DNA of 44,669 bases from Bacteroidota bacterium (GCA_003648635.1 QMPQ01000003.1:1-44669), one strand, 5' to 3'. Shown: positions 9,009-19,364, counted from the first letter of the stretch. Notes: generated by a model not told the origin, from the letters alone. Numbers and translations: made by a program.

Positions 9009-10009
9009 GCAAGATTGCAGCAGGAATAACAGGAATTCATGGCTGGGTACCTGAATACAGGCTTACCAATGACGAGTTAAGCACCATGGTGGAGACCTCC
9101 GATGAGTGGATCATGCAAAGAATAGGTATCAAGGAAAGAAGAATCCTGAAGGAAGGTGCCACCTCCGATATGGGTGCCCGGGCAGTGGAGGGTCTTTTAA
9201 AGAAGACAGGGACCTCTCCGGATGAAATAGATCTTTTGATCTGTGCTACCATTACGTCAGATTATAATTTTCCTGCCACCGCCAATCTGATCTGTGATAA
9301 GGCGGGAATAAAAGGTGCCTGGAGCTTTGATATTTCGGCAGCATGTTCAGGATTTGTTTTTGGATTACAGACCGCTGCCAGTTTTGTGCAGTCGGGCCAA
9401 TATAAGAAGGTGGTATTTGTTGGAGCCGATATGATGTCTTCCATAACCGATTATACCGACAGGACCACTTGCCCCCTCTTCGGCGATGCAGCGGCTGCTG
9501 TATTGGTAGAAGCGGTTGAAGATGACCTGGGAATAAAGGATGCTATTCTTGAAACGGATGGAAGCGGGATGAAAAATCTTCATATGAAGGCCGGAGGATC
9601 AGCCAGACCAGCCTCCCACGAAACAATCGATGGAAAGGAACATTTTGTGTTTCAGGAGGGGCAAGCCGTCTTTAAGGTGGCTGTATCAAAAATGGCAGAC
9701 GTCTCTATCGATATTATGGAGAAAAATGGACTCAGTCCCGACGATCTTACATGGTTAGTACCCCATCAGGCCAATATGAGAATTATTGAAGCAGTAGCAC
9801 GCCGGATGGGAATTCCCAAAGAGAAAGTGATGATCAACATCGAGAAGTATGGCAATACTACCGCGGCGACCATTCCACTCTGTTTGTGGGAATGGGAGTC
9901 ACAATTAAAAAAGGGTGATAATATTATTCTGTCAGCTTTTGGTGGCGGTTTTACCTGGGGATCCATCTATTTGAAGTGGGCCTATGATGGAAACAAGAAT
10001 AATGATTAA
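9005..10009 (+). CDS. fabH: Beta-ketoacyl-ACP synthase III
   Basis: ETSDEWI, catalytic AACSGF, LFGDAA, PHQAN, YGNT and FGGGFTWG motifs. Confidence 0.97.
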   Translation: MSKIAAGITGIHGWVPEYRLTNDELSTMVETSDEWIMQRIGIKERRILKEGATSDMGARAVEGLLKKTGTSPDEIDLLICATITSDYNFPATANLICDKAGIKGAWSFDISAACSGFVFGLQTAASFVQSGQYKKVVFVGADMMSSITDYTDRTTCPLFGDAAAAVLVEAVEDDLGIKDAILETDGSGMKNLHMKAGGSARPASHETIDGKEHFVFQEGQAVFKVAVSKMADVSIDIMEKNGLSPDDLTWLVPHQANMRIIEAVARRMGIPKEKVMINIEKYGNTTAATIPLCLWEWESQLKKGDNIILSAFGGGFTWGSIYLKWAYDGNKNND

Positions 10010-10014
10010 ATTTG
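10007..10014 (+). promoter_or_regulatory. -7 promoter element for the bactofilin-atp operon, overlapping the fabH stop codon
   Basis: TAAATTTG matches TAnnTTTG. Its first three bases are the fabH TAA stop. Confidence 0.55.
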
Positions 10015-10029
10015 CACAAAAAGCAGCAT

Positions 10030-10425
10030 ATGGCAAAAATAGGTGAAACAGAAAGTACCAACAAGATCAATATGATTGGTGTTGGAACCACTATTGAAGG
10101 TAGTATTAACTCCAGTGAAAATATCAGATTCGACGGCAATCTGGTCGGCAATCTGAATACCAAGGGGAAAGTGTTTATTGGTCAGAGCGGGACGGTAACC
10201 GGTGAAATCAGGTGTAAAAATTGCGAAGTTGAAGGTATAGTGGATGGTAAGGTCGTCGTGACGGAGTTGCTGTCGCTTCGTTCCATGTCGAAGGTATACG
10301 GCGAAATTAAGACTGGTAAGCTTGCCATAGAGCCGGGAGCAACATTTACTGGTAAATGTGATATGGGTGGAAAAAAAGCAGAAATCACCGAACCAGTCGC
10401 AAAACTCAAAGAAGAACGACGGTAA
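10030..10425 (+). CDS. Bactofilin (polymer-forming cytoskeletal protein, CcmA family)
   Basis: Beta-helix repeats IGVGTTIEGSI, IRFDGNLVGNL, IGQSGTVTGEI, VEGIVDGKV, VYGEIKTGKLAIEPGATFTGKCDM. ATG at 10030. Confidence 0.9.
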   Translation: MAKIGETESTNKINMIGVGTTIEGSINSSENIRFDGNLVGNLNTKGKVFIGQSGTVTGEIRCKNCEVEGIVDGKVVVTELLSLRSMSKVYGEIKTGKLAIEPGATFTGKCDMGGKKAEITEPVAKLKEERR

Positions 10426-10633
10426 AGATTCAGGTCTGAATTCCTTTGTCCGCTATTCCGGAATGGGATTTCAGATGGTTGCTATTATTCTTCTTTTCTA
10501 TTGGGCAGGTTCCAAACTTGATGAAAGAGCGGGCAATGAAAAACCCGCCTATACTGCAATACTCAGCCTTCTGGGTGTTTTCGCTGGTCTCTATATTGTA
10601 TTAAAGGACTTCATATTCAGGAAAGATGATTGA
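10367..10633 (+). CDS. atpZ: AtpZ/AtpI (ATPase gene 1) family membrane protein
   Basis: RYSGMGFQMVAII...GSKLDE...LSLLGVFAGLY, two TM helices, upstream of atpB. Start is uncertain (GTG at 10358 or 10367) and overlaps the bactofilin gene. Confidence 0.78.
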   Translation: MEKKQKSPNQSQNSKKNDGKDSGLNSFVRYSGMGFQMVAIILLFYWAGSKLDERAGNEKPAYTAILSLLGVFAGLYIVLKDFIFRKDD

Positions 10634-11006
10634 CCGGATACGATTCATCTGGCAACTCCTGGTTCTTGCTTGCATATTTGCTCTTTTGGGAATGTTGTTA
10701 CTTCCCCGCATCAACGTGGAAATCTCCCCGGTGACATTCCTGATAACTCTTGGATCGGTGACATTGGTAAACTTACTTACCTTTCTTGTTATGCATACAG
10801 GAATTCAAAAAAACAGCAAGGATGGAGTGGTTTATCTACTGGGTGGAATAGGGGTAAAATTCCTTCTTTATCTCCTGTTTATTCTGCTTTTTTGGATTGC
10901 TACAAAAAATCTTTCCAAACCGTTTATCGTTACATTTTTTGCACTATATTTAGTCTTTACTTTTTTCACAGCAGGACGCCTGCTTAAGATACTGAAGAAC
11001 AAATAA
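10626..11006 (+). CDS. AtpI-like four-TM membrane protein
   Basis: Four hydrophobic segments with a conserved-looking GVKFLL. Located between atpZ and atpB. Confidence 0.65.
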   Translation: MIDRIRFIWQLLVLACIFALLGMLLLPRINVEISPVTFLITLGSVTLVNLLTFLVMHTGIQKNSKDGVVYLLGGIGVKFLLYLLFILLFWIATKNLSKPFIVTFFALYLVFTFFTAGRLLKILKNK

Positions 11007-11016
11007 TTACACCAAC

Positions 11017-12186
11017 GTGAGCACGAGATTTCTTGCTGTTATAAGCAGCCTTCTGATAGGATTAATCTTCATTGTACCCGGCACCCTACTTTATGGACAG
11101 GATGAACATCCTGAAACAGAAGATGCGCATCATGTAACTGTAGAAGCTCATCAGGATGAAACCGGGCATAGCGAAGCTGCCGAAGAAGAGTTTGATGCCA
11201 CGGAATATATCCTTGAACACATTAGTGATTCTCATGATTGGCATATCCTGACCAAGAAAGATGGGCATCATGTAAGTGTTCCCTTGCCAGTGATTCTCTA
11301 CAGTAAACATTCAGGATTGCATGTTTTCATGTCCAGCAAGATTGCCCACGGACACTCCCACGATGGATTCCAGATGGGTCATGGAACCATTGAAGTTATT
11401 AATAAGAAAGGTGAGACTGTAGAGAAGAGCCTGAACGGTAAGATCATCGAGGTAGATGAGCATGGAGCTTTGGTTGAGGCCGGACTGCCGCTGGACTTTT
11501 CAATAACAAAGAATGTTTTTATGATGATGCTTTCAGTCATCATCTTACTCTGGGTTTTTCTTAGCCTGGCCAGAGCGTATAAAAAAATGGGAATCAGTGA
11601 ACCCAAGGGTCTGGCTGGTTTTATTGAGCCGGTAATAATTTTTATCGAAGAGGATGTGGCCATACCAAATATTGGTGAAGAAAAATATATGCGATTCATG
11701 CCCTATTTGCTGACGGTTTTCTTTTTTATATTGTTGAATAACCTTATGGGATTGATTCCATTCTTTCCTTTCGGAGCCAATGTGACAGGAAACATCGCTG
11801 TGACCATGGTGCTGGCTGTTATCACATTTCTGATCACTCAATTCAGCAGTAATAAGGGACACTGGCAACATGTGTTTAATACTCCTGGCGTGCCGGTATG
11901 GCTGGCTCCAATTATGATTCCTGTTGAGCTTATTGGCTTAATCACCAAACCATTTGCTCTGATGATCCGACTCTTTGCAAACATTACCGCAGGACACATC
12001 ATTGTTCTGAGTCTGATATCCATGATATTTATTTTCAAATCCATTTTTATAGCAGCTCCCTCCATGTTGATGGTGCTGTTTATGGATATGATTGAATTGC
12101 TTGTGGCATTCCTGCAGGCATATATTTTCACCTTATTATCAGCTTTATTTATTGGAATGGCGATGCCTGAGCATCACCATGATTAG
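11017..12186 (+). CDS. atpB: F0 ATP synthase subunit a with N-terminal signal-like and His-rich extension
   Basis: IRLFANITAGH (essential Arg), LQAYIFTLLS, NLMGLIP and ANVTGN motifs. GTG start. Confidence 0.96.
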   Translation: MSTRFLAVISSLLIGLIFIVPGTLLYGQDEHPETEDAHHVTVEAHQDETGHSEAAEEEFDATEYILEHISDSHDWHILTKKDGHHVSVPLPVILYSKHSGLHVFMSSKIAHGHSHDGFQMGHGTIEVINKKGETVEKSLNGKIIEVDEHGALVEAGLPLDFSITKNVFMMMLSVIILLWVFLSLARAYKKMGISEPKGLAGFIEPVIIFIEEDVAIPNIGEEKYMRFMPYLLTVFFFILLNNLMGLIPFFPFGANVTGNIAVTMVLAVITFLITQFSSNKGHWQHVFNTPGVPVWLAPIMIPVELIGLITKPFALMIRLFANITAGHIIVLSLISMIFIFKSIFIAAPSMLMVLFMDMIELLVAFLQAYIFTLLSALFIGMAMPEHHHD

Positions 12187-12198
12187 TTTTCACTTTAA

Positions 12199-12414
<216 letters not shown>

Positions 12415-12433
12415 CAAGGTTAGAGAACTGAAC

Positions 12434-12466
12434 AGGCCTGTAACGGTTGGTTGCAGGCCTTTCTTT
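12434..12466 (+). terminator. Intercistronic stem-loop between atpE and atpF (partial terminator or mRNA stabiliser)
   Basis: AGGCCTGTAAC-GGTTG-GTTGCAGGCCT forms an 11-bp stem (one U-G pair), followed by TTCTTT. Confidence 0.65.
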
Positions 12467-12490
12467 GAAAACGATTAAACACAAAATATT

Positions 12491-12985
12491 ATGGATCTAG
12501 TAACGCCTGGAATAGGAATGATCTTCTGGTCTACCTTATTCTTTCTTGTTCTGCTGTTCATCCTTGGCAAATTTGCCTGGCCAGCTATATTATTGGCAGT
12601 CAAAGCCCGGAATGAAAGTATTAGACATGCGCTTGAGGCTGCAGACCGGGCGAAAGAGGAGATGGCCCAACTACAGGCTGACAATGAAAAGATTTTGGCC
12701 GAAGCAAGAGCTGAAAGAGATATGCTGATGAAGGAGGCAAAAGAGATGAAGGATATGCTGATTGCCGATGCCAAGGATAAAGCTATGGAGGAAGCCAATA
12801 AGTTGGTTAAGAGTGCAAGGGAGTCGATCCAGAGGGAGAAAGCTGGTGCACTGAATGATATGAAGGAGCAAATGGCCAATCTTTCAGTCGATATAGCTGA
12901 AAAGATCTTACGCATGAAACTGGAAGAAAGCAAAGCGCAGAAGGAGCTGGTCCATAAACTGATCAACGAAGCCGACCTGAATTAG
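12491..12985 (+). CDS. atpF: F0 ATP synthase subunit b
   Basis: N-terminal TM (IFWSTLFFLVLLFILGKFAWPAI) followed by a coiled coil ending SVDIAEKIL. Confidence 0.96.
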   Translation: MDLVTPGIGMIFWSTLFFLVLLFILGKFAWPAILLAVKARNESIRHALEAADRAKEEMAQLQADNEKILAEARAERDMLMKEAKEMKDMLIADAKDKAMEEANKLVKSARESIQREKAGALNDMKEQMANLSVDIAEKILRMKLEESKAQKELVHKLINEADLN

Positions 12986-12992
12986 AAGCAGC

Positions 12993-13541
12993 ATGAACGA
13001 AAGTCAGATTTCAGTACGTTACGCAAAAGCACTGTTTCAGAGTGCAGCAGAACAGCATCTTCTGGATGACGTTTATAAGGATATGGAAGTGCTGACCTCC
13101 ACCTGTAAGCTGGAAGATTTCCTGTATATGCTTGTGGTCCCCACTTTACAGCCCAGCCAGAAAATCAGGCTGGTACGTGGCATTTTTGAAAAGAATATTT
13201 CAAAGCTTTCACTCTCCATGATCTTTCTTGTTATCAAGAATAAGCGGGAGTCCTTCCTTCCGGGAATTGCCAGAAATTTCAAGGACCTTTATCGCAAAGA
13301 AAAGGGGATTAGTATCGCCTCACTGATCACTGCACAGCAGGTGGACGAATCGGAAATGGATGGTATACGCAAGTTGATTAAAAAAGCTTATAATTCGGAA
13401 GTGGAGCTGACAACAGCAGTGGATGGAGATGTCATTGGAGGCTTCATACTGACCATAGAAGATATGCGTTATGATGCCAGCGTAGCAAGCAACCTTAAGA
13501 AATTGAAAAAACAACTACTTCAAACCAGTATTGAAAAGTAA
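12993..13541 (+). CDS. atpH: F1 ATP synthase subunit delta
   Basis: ISVRYAKALF N-terminus and VIGGFIL...YDASV C-terminus. Confidence 0.95.
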   Translation: MNESQISVRYAKALFQSAAEQHLLDDVYKDMEVLTSTCKLEDFLYMLVVPTLQPSQKIRLVRGIFEKNISKLSLSMIFLVIKNKRESFLPGIARNFKDLYRKEKGISIASLITAQQVDESEMDGIRKLIKKAYNSEVELTTAVDGDVIGGFILTIEDMRYDASVASNLKKLKKQLLQTSIEK

Positions 13542-13547
13542 TAGCAT

Positions 13548-15125
13548 ATGTCTCAGATTAAACCTTCCGAAGTATCGGAAATTTTAAAGAAGCAAATAGA
13601 AGGGTTCAAAAGCGAAGTTGAACTTGAAGAGGTGGGTACCGTCCTACAGGTAGGTGATGGAATTGCCCGTATTTATGGATTGAACAGTGTGCAGGCCAAT
13701 GAGATGATCGAATTTGATAGCGGAGTTACAGGAATCGTTATGAACCTTGAAGAGGATAATGTAGGGGCTGTATTGCTGGGTTCATCTGAACTGATCAAAG
13801 AGGGTGACTCTGTAAAGCGATCCAGGAAAATTGCATCCATTGGAGTGGGAGAACCACTACTGGGACGTGTAATTAACACACTGGGAGAGCCTATCGACGG
13901 GAAAGGGCCCATTATTGGAGATTTGCTCGACATGCCGCTGGAGCGTAAGGCCCCCGGTGTGATCTACCGTCAGCCTGTAAGTGAGCCACTGCAAACTGGT
14001 CTGAAGTCCATTGATGCCATGATTCCCATTGGGCGTGGACAACGGGAGCTGATCATTGGTGACCGCCAGACAGGAAAGACCGCTATTGCCATTGATACTA
14101 TCATCAACCAGAAAGAGTTTTACGAGAAGGGTGAACCTGTATATTGCATCTATGTTGCCATTGGACAGAAGGGTTCAACGGTTGCCAATATCCAGAAAAC
14201 CCTGGAAGAGGCTGGAGCCATGGATTACACTGTTATAGTCGCTGCAACTGCTGCCGATCCGGCTGCTTTGCAGTTTTATGCTCCTTTTTCAGGATGTTCC
14301 ATAGGTGAATATTTCAGAGATACCGGGAGGCCTGCCCTTATTATTTATGATGACCTCTCCAAGCAGGCTGTATCTTATCGTGAAGTTTCTCTTCTGCTGA
14401 GAAGGCCTCCGGGACGTGAGGCATATCCCGGAGATGTGTTTTACCTGCACTCACGCCTGCTGGAGCGTGCGGCCAAGATTATCCAATCGGATGAAATTGC
14501 CAAAAGCATGAATGATCTGCCCGAACAGCTGAAACCACTGGTAAAGGGTGGAGGATCGCTTACGGCGCTGCCGATTATTGAGACCCAGGCTGGTGATGTA
14601 AGTGCCTATATTCCGACTAACGTAATCTCCATTACGGATGGACAGATTTTCCTGGAAGCGAATCTTTTTAATGCAGGTGTACGACCCGCCATTAATGTGG
14701 GTATCTCTGTATCAAGGGTGGGGGGTAATGCCCAGATTAAATCCATGAAGAAAATAGCTGGTACGCTGAAACTTGATCAGGCCGTGTACCGTGAGCTGGA
14801 AGCATTTTCCAAGTTTGGCTCCGACCTGGATGCTGCCACCAAGGCTGTACTGGATAAGGGAAGCAAGAATGTGGAGATATTGAAGCAGGCTCAGTATTCC
14901 CCCATGGCTGTGGAGAAACAAATTGCTATTATTTATTGTGGAACCCAGGGTTTGCTGTCGGACATTCCATTGGAAAAGGTGAAAGAATTTGAAACGGAGT
15001 TTCTTGAGTATATGGAACTCAGGCACAAAGATGTACTGGCAGCCCTTGCACAGGGCAAATTATCGGATGATATAACCGGTACGATTGGAGATGTGGCTAA
15101 AGAAATTGTTGAGAAATTTAAGTAA
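13548..15125 (+). CDS. atpA: F1 ATP synthase subunit alpha
   Basis: [23 protein letters not shown] (P-loop), [22 protein letters not shown] and [13 protein letters not shown]. Confidence 0.99.
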   Translation: MSQIKPSEVSEILKKQIEGFKSEVELEEVGTVLQVGDGIARIYGLNSVQANEMIEFDSGVTGIVMNLEEDNVGAVLLGSSELIKEGDSVKRSRKIASIGVGEPLLGRVINTLGEPIDGKGPIIGDLLDMPLERKAPGVIYRQPVSEPLQTGLKSIDAMIPIGRGQRELIIGDRQTGKTAIAIDTIINQKEFYEKGEPVYCIYVAIGQKGSTVANIQKTLEEAGAMDYTVIVAATAADPAALQFYAPFSGCSIGEYFRDTGRPALIIYDDLSKQAVSYREVSLLLRRPPGREAYPGDVFYLHSRLLERAAKIIQSDEIAKSMNDLPEQLKPLVKGGGSLTALPIIETQAGDVSAYIPTNVISITDGQIFLEANLFNAGVRPAINVGISVSRVGGNAQIKSMKKIAGTLKLDQAVYRELEAFSKFGSDLDAATKAVLDKGSKNVEILKQAQYSPMAVEKQIAIIYCGTQGLLSDIPLEKVKEFETEFLEYMELRHKDVLAALAQGKLSDDITGTIGDVAKEIVEKFK

Positions 15126-15131
15126 TTCCCA

Positions 15132-16019
15132 ATGGCTAGTTTGAAGGAAATACGTGAGCGCAAGGTCTCTGTGGCCTCTACCATGCAGATCACCAATGCC
15201 ATGAAAATGGTCTCTGCGGCCAAGCTGAAGAAGGCGCAGGATGCCATTGTGCAGTTCAGGCCCTATGCAGAGAAACTGCAGGAGATTCTGGCCAGTGTTG
15301 GTGACAGCATAAAGGATGATGAGGACAATCAGTATGTCGTACAGCGCGACAAGGAGCGGATCCTGCTGGTCCTGATCACTTCCAACAGGGGATTGTGCGG
15401 AGCATTTAACTCTAATGCCATCAAAGCCACCATTACCAGGGCACTGACCACTTTTGACAATCAGATGATGGCACGCCAGATTGATTTTATTGCTATCGGG
15501 AAGAAGGGTGCAGATTTTCTACGGAAAAAGGGATACAATGTGATCTTCGATGGCAGTGAGATATTTGATGATCTTACCTTTGACCGCGTGGCTCAAGTGG
15601 CCAATATGATCATGGGTCTTTTCACCGACGGTGAGTACGACCATGTGGATGTAATTTACAACCGTTTCAAGAATGCCGGAACGCAGATTCTGACGGAAGA
15701 GCAGTTCCTGCCCATCAAGGCGGATGAGCTGGCCGAAGAGTCTGGCCCTGTTTCCAACGTTGACTATATCTTTGAGCCCACCAAGGAGTATATCGTACAA
15801 GAGCTGATTCCCCGCTCATTGAGGCTACAGTTCTACAAGGCGATATTGGACTCGCATGCATCAGAGCATGGTGCTCGTATGACTGCCATGCATAAGGCAA
15901 CCGACAATGCCACCGAGCTTCTGAAAGAGCTTAGCCTGCAGTTTAACAAAGCCCGTCAGGCAGCCATTACCAATGAAATTCTGGAGATAGTAGGTGGAGC
16001 CGAAGCACTCAAAGGATAG
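15132..16019 (+). CDS. atpG: F1 ATP synthase subunit gamma
   Basis: ITNAMKMVSAAKL, RGLCGAFN, ASEHGARMTAM and NKARQAAITNEILEIVGGA. Confidence 0.98.
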   Translation: MASLKEIRERKVSVASTMQITNAMKMVSAAKLKKAQDAIVQFRPYAEKLQEILASVGDSIKDDEDNQYVVQRDKERILLVLITSNRGLCGAFNSNAIKATITRALTTFDNQMMARQIDFIAIGKKGADFLRKKGYNVIFDGSEIFDDLTFDRVAQVANMIMGLFTDGEYDHVDVIYNRFKNAGTQILTEEQFLPIKADELAEESGPVSNVDYIFEPTKEYIVQELIPRSLRLQFYKAILDSHASEHGARMTAMHKATDNATELLKELSLQFNKARQAAITNEILEIVGGAEALKG

Positions 16020-16027
16020 TACTTTAC

Positions 16028-19000
16028 CTAATACTCATCCCAGCTCTTTATGGATATATCTTCAAGCTCCATCTTACAGATAGCATAGATGAAGGCTGAT
16101 GCCAGGCGTGCATTGGTGAGCAGTGGAATATTATAATCCACTGCACCGCGTCTGATACTGTAATCATTGGAAAGTTCGTGGGATGAAAGGTCCTTGGGAA
16201 TGTTGACCACCAGATCGATCTTCTTGGCTTTCAGATAGTCCATCACATTGGGCTTCCGGTCCTCGTCAGGCCATGCCAGGTCAACGGAGTCAATACCATT
16301 CAGATTTAGAAATTCATGAGTACCATGGGTGGCAAAGAGATTGTATCCTCTTTCGATGAGCATTTTGCATGAATTCACAAGTTCAACTTTGGAGCGCATA
16401 TCGCCCGTGGAAAGCAGGATGTTCTTTTCAGGTATGGAATAGCCCACCGACATCATAGCTTTCAGGATCGCTTCATAATAGTTATCGCCAATGCATCCCA
16501 CTTCACCTGTGGAAGACATATCCACACCCAGCACCGGATCGGCTTTTTTCAATCTGGAGAAGGAAAATTGAGGTGCCTTGCAGCCAATATAGTCCAGGTC
16601 GAAGATGGATTTATGAGGTTTTTCAACGGGAACCTTCAACATGATCTTGGTGGCCTGATCGATCAGGTTTGCTTTCAAAACCTTGGAGACGAAGGGCATG
16701 CTTCGGGAAGCCCTGAGGTTGCATTCGATCACCTTGATATCATTGTCCTTGGCCAGGAATTGCATATTAAACGGTCCCGAAATTTCCAGGGCTTCGGCCA
16801 GCTGCCTGGCAATCTTTTTGATCCTTCTTACCGTCTCAAAATAGATCTTCTGAGGCGGGAAAATCATGGTGGCATCACCCGAATGAACCCCTGCAAATTC
16901 CACATGTTCTGAGATAGCATAAGAGAAGAGCTCTCCATCACGTGCCACGGCATCAATTTCAATCTCTTTGGCCTGTACGATAAATTCGGAGACCACTACC
17001 GGGTACTGTTTGCTTACCCTGGCGGCCAGGGTCAGGAAACCTTCCAGCTCTTCAGGGTTCGATACCACGTTCATAGCTGCACCGGAAAGTACATAGGAGG
17101 GCCTGACCAGGAGCGGGAACCCAACCACATCCACAAAGGAGAAGATCTCGTCTATACTGCTGAGCTCCTTCCACCGTGGCTGATCAATATCCAGTTCATC
17201 CAGCATCATAGAGAACTTATGCCTGTTTTCGGCCCGGTCGATATTCTCGGGAGAGGTGCCCAGGATGTGGACATCCTGTTCGTGCAGACGCATGGCCAGG
17301 TTGTTGGGGATCTGTCCACCCACGGAAACAATTACCCCTTTGGGCATTTCCAGATCGTAGATATCCATTACGCGTTCGAAAGAGAGTTCGTCGAAATAGA
17401 GCCTGTCGCATACATCGTAGTCGGTCGAAACAGTCTCCGGGTTGTAGTTGATCATGATGGACCTGTAGCCCTCATCGTTGACTGTTTTTAATGCATTCAC
17501 ACTACACCAGTCAAACTCCACACTGGATCCGATACGGTAGGCACCTGATCCCAGGACCACCACAGATCTCTGGTCGGCATTGAATTCTATGTCGTGCTCA
17601 CTCCCGCTGTATGTCAGATAAAGGTAGTTTGTCTGTGCCGGATACTCGGCAGCCAGAGTATCGATTTGTTTCACACTGGGCAGGATGTTTCGTTTCTTCC
17701 GGTGTTCACGTACATTCAGCAAATTGGCCGATACATCTCCCTTCATGACCAGACGCGCCACCTGGAAATCGCTGAATCCTGCTTTCTTGGATTGTAGCAG
17801 CAGTTCATCATCCAGTCCGGCCAGGGAAGTAACCTTTTCAAGCTCCTCACTCAGGTTAAATATATTTTTAAGCTTCGCCAGGAACCACCTGTCAATTTTT
17901 GTAAGCTCATGGATTCTGTCGATGGAATAGCCTTCGGCAAAGGCTTTTTCGATCACCATGATACGCATATCGGTGGGTTCGGCTAGTTCCTTATCGATAT
18001 TCTCAATTTCCATCTCATGGTTGCCTACAAAGCCATGCATGCCCTGTCCTATCATCCGGATTCCCTTCTGAATCGACTCCTCAAAGGTGCGTCCGATGGC
18101 CATAACCTCCCCCACGGATTTCATGCTGGAATCGATTAGTTTCGAAACCCCCTGGAACTTATTGAGGTCCCAGCGAGGAATCTTACAAACAATATAATCC
18201 AGTGCAGGCTCGAAGAAGGCTGAAGTGGTTTTGGTTATGGAATTCCGCAGCTGATGCAGTCCAAATCCCAATCCCAGTTTGGCAGCAACGAAGGCCAGCG
18301 GGTAGCCGGTGGCCTTGCTGGCCAGGGCAGAGGATCGGGAGAGACGTGCATTGACCTCGATGACCCTGTAATCCTCAGAATCGGGGTCCAGTGCATATTG
18401 CACATTACATTCGCCAACGATACCGATATGCCTGATAATATCGATAGATAGTTTTCTTAGCTTGTGATACTCACTGTTGGTCAGGGTTTGCGACGGAGCT
18501 ACAACGATGCTCTCTCCGGTATGGATTCCCAGCGGATCAAAATTTTCCATATTACAGACCGTAATACAGTTGTCGAAGCGGTCCCGGACCACCTCGTACT
18601 CCACCTCTTTCCAACCCTTTAGTGACTCCTCCACCAGGATCTGGGGTGAGTAGGAGAAGGCTTTATTAGCCATCTTGTCCAGATCACCTTTGTTGTAGCA
18701 AAATCCACTTCCCTGTCCACCCAGGGTATAGGCGGCGCGAATGATAATGGGATAGCCTAGTTTTTCCGCTGCCTTATGGGCATCTTCTTCCGATGTGACC
18801 GCAACACTCCGGGCAGTTTTTACATTGATTTGATCCAGTTTGCCCACGAAGAGTTCCCGGTCCTCGGTATCCATGATGGCCTGGACAGGTGTGCCTAATA
18901 CTCTTACATTGTATTTTTCCAGGATACCCTCTTTATAGAGCGCTACCCCGCAGTTCAGTGCGGTCTGTCCCCCAAAGGCTAGCAATATACCATCGGGCTT

Positions 19001-19237
19001 CTCCTTTTCGAGAACTTTCTCAACAAAATAGGGAGTGATGGGGAGAAAATATATTTTATCTGCCACATCTTCAGAGGTTTGTACCGTAGCAATATTGGGA
19101 TTGATGAGCACGGTATATACATCTTCTTCCCGCAGAGCCTTCAGAGCCTGGGATCCTGAGTAATCGAATTCACCGGCTTCTCCGATTTTCAATGCTCCTG
19201 ATCCTAGGACGACCACTTTGTTGATTGATTCTTTCAT
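16028..19237 (-). CDS. carB: Carbamoyl-phosphate synthase large subunit
   Basis: LGSGALKIGEAGEFDYSG, NPNIATVQT, EVNARLSRSSALASKATGYP, a second ATP-grasp half (GSGAYRIGSSVEFDW) and an MGS domain. 1069 aa. Confidence 0.98.
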   Translation of the reverse strand: MKESINKVVVLGSGALKIGEAGEFDYSGSQALKALREEDVYTVLINPNIATVQTSEDVADKIYFLPITPYFVEKVLEKEKPDGILLAFGGQTALNCGVALYKEGILEKYNVRVLGTPVQAIMDTEDRELFVGKLDQINVKTARSVAVTSEEDAHKAAEKLGYPIIIRAAYTLGGQGSGFCYNKGDLDKMANKAFSYSPQILVEESLKGWKEVEYEVVRDRFDNCITVCNMENFDPLGIHTGESIVVAPSQTLTNSEYHKLRKLSIDIIRHIGIVGECNVQYALDPDSEDYRVIEVNARLSRSSALASKATGYPLAFVAAKLGLGFGLHQLRNSITKTTSAFFEPALDYIVCKIPRWDLNKFQGVSKLIDSSMKSVGEVMAIGRTFEESIQKGIRMIGQGMHGFVGNHEMEIENIDKELAEPTDMRIMVIEKAFAEGYSIDRIHELTKIDRWFLAKLKNIFNLSEELEKVTSLAGLDDELLLQSKKAGFSDFQVARLVMKGDVSANLLNVREHRKKRNILPSVKQIDTLAAEYPAQTNYLYLTYSGSEHDIEFNADQRSVVVLGSGAYRIGSSVEFDWCSVNALKTVNDEGYRSIMINYNPETVSTDYDVCDRLYFDELSFERVMDIYDLEMPKGVIVSVGGQIPNNLAMRLHEQDVHILGTSPENIDRAENRHKFSMMLDELDIDQPRWKELSSIDEIFSFVDVVGFPLLVRPSYVLSGAAMNVVSNPEELEGFLTLAARVSKQYPVVVSEFIVQAKEIEIDAVARDGELFSYAISEHVEFAGVHSGDATMIFPPQKIYFETVRRIKKIARQLAEALEISGPFNMQFLAKDNDIKVIECNLRASRSMPFVSKVLKANLIDQATKIMLKVPVEKPHKSIFDLDYIGCKAPQFSFSRLKKADPVLGVDMSSTGEVGCIGDNYYEAILKAMMSVGYSIPEKNILLSTGDMRSKVELVNSCKMLIERGYNLFATHGTHEFLNLNGIDSVDLAWPDEDRKPNVMDYLKAKKIDLVVNIPKDLSSHELSNDYSIRRGAVDYNIPLLTNARLASAFIYAICKMELEDISIKSWDEY

Positions 19238-19317
19238 GTGAATGGGCTAATTGGCGGTTTTTTTGCGGCATGTAAAAATATAAAAAAAAGCTGAGAGAGT
19301 AGCTAAGGTTTGGAATA

Positions 19318-19356
19318 AATGCATAAATTTGCAATTCATATGTATAAATATACAAT
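19318..19356. promoter_or_regulatory. Tandem ARG boxes (ArgR operator) overlapping the -7 promoter of the arg/pro operon
   Basis: Cores TGCATAAATTTGCA (19320-19333) and TGTATAAATATACA (19341-19354) match TGxATAAxxATxCA and are 21 bp apart, i.e. 18-bp boxes plus a 3-bp spacer. The TAAATTTG promoter element (19324-19331) lies inside box 1. Confidence 0.85.
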
Positions 19357-19364
19357 ATGCGGCT

